This document shows positions 63,603 to 64,000 of a DNA stretch of 64,000 nt, piece by piece. Position 1 is the stretch's first letter. Each line of letters begins with the position of its first letter. The position numbers and the translations under genes were made by a program. The notes beneath the pieces are model-generated. The model was not told the origin of the DNA, searched no databases, and saw nothing but the letters and a program-made list of their open reading frames with translations. The stretch covers positions 69,364 to 133,363 of the forward strand of contig CBFFRQ010000016.1 in the NCBI GenBank assembly GCA_965644315.1. Reading direction: 5' to 3'. The stretch is from Caecitellus pseudoparvulus. Taxonomy: Eukaryota; Protista; Bigyra: Bicosoecida.

Positions 63603-64000
63603 TGCGGCGCGAGGCGGAAGCACTCCGTGGCACTTTCTCACACGGGTTTGCGAGTGCCTGTGCTTGCATTTGGGCTTCCTCCGCGGTGGAGTGGATCTCC
63701 CACGAGGGTGCTCCCGCTACAACCACTCTTGTTGAAGCGATCCGCAGCCAAAATGGGAGGCAACCAGATCCACGGCTTGCCCCAGAAGGAGAGGGTACTC
63801 ATGCATCTGACTCCCATGGTTGACTGTGCGCTTGTTGCCTGGAGATCACTCTTGACATGAACAGCGGGGACTGGCGCACCAGCTTCCATGGCAGCCGCTG
63901 GCCGGCTTCAGGCAATGCACCTGCTTCTGACCAGTTCCTCGTGGCAGTGGGCGATCTCATTTTGTGCACCGTGCTACTGCTTAGTAGGCAAGTGCTGGCT

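Noticed and set aside
63602-64000. ORF starting at a TGATG overlap with an in-frame TGA at 63821 (possible selenocysteine), or a gene starting at ATG 63773
   Set aside because: No recognisable selenoprotein motif and no SECIS visible; truncated by the window edge, so it cannot be supported.

Overview
Compact, GC-rich (roughly 60-70%) eukaryotic genomic DNA from a protist. The SEC22 features, an AKAP14-like ciliary gene and the intron style suggest a flagellated stramenopile-like lineage; this is inference. About 30 tightly packed protein-coding genes can be reconstructed by hand, many split by short GT-AG introns (mostly 62-89 bp, donors GTGCGT/GTGAGT, C-rich acceptors), so the raw ORF track gets many starts wrong. 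Recognisable genes: SH3-FH2 formin, TVP15-like, YAE1, DHHC palmitoyltransferase, acyltransferase-3, organellar MetAP1, MCM4, WD40, LRR, ZIP transporter, PP2A-B56-like, C9orf78, RPN12, SEC22, AFG2-like AAA ATPase, AIFM2/FSP1-like, membrin/GOSR2, P2B Ca2+-ATPase, PIG-X and an OSCA/TMEM63-like channel. I found no rRNA, convincing tRNA, CRISPR array or intact mobile element. The most notable unexplained signals are: (i) a perfect 10-mer, CAATTTCCGC, found 7 times and always 5' of genes; (ii) an AAT(G/A)CA motif at 3' ends, often as the palindrome AATGCATT between convergent genes; (iii) a ~2 kb gene-free low-GC island with an A-to-T skew switch; (iv) a catalytically dead archaemetzincin with ~23 HGGG His/Met repeats; (v) a multi-TM protein fused to a dead DJ-1/PfpI domain; (vi) a formin with SH3 but no FH1; (vii) two LOTUS-domain proteins; (viii) a highly structured MCM4 intron. 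All family calls come from recalled motifs, not from database searches.
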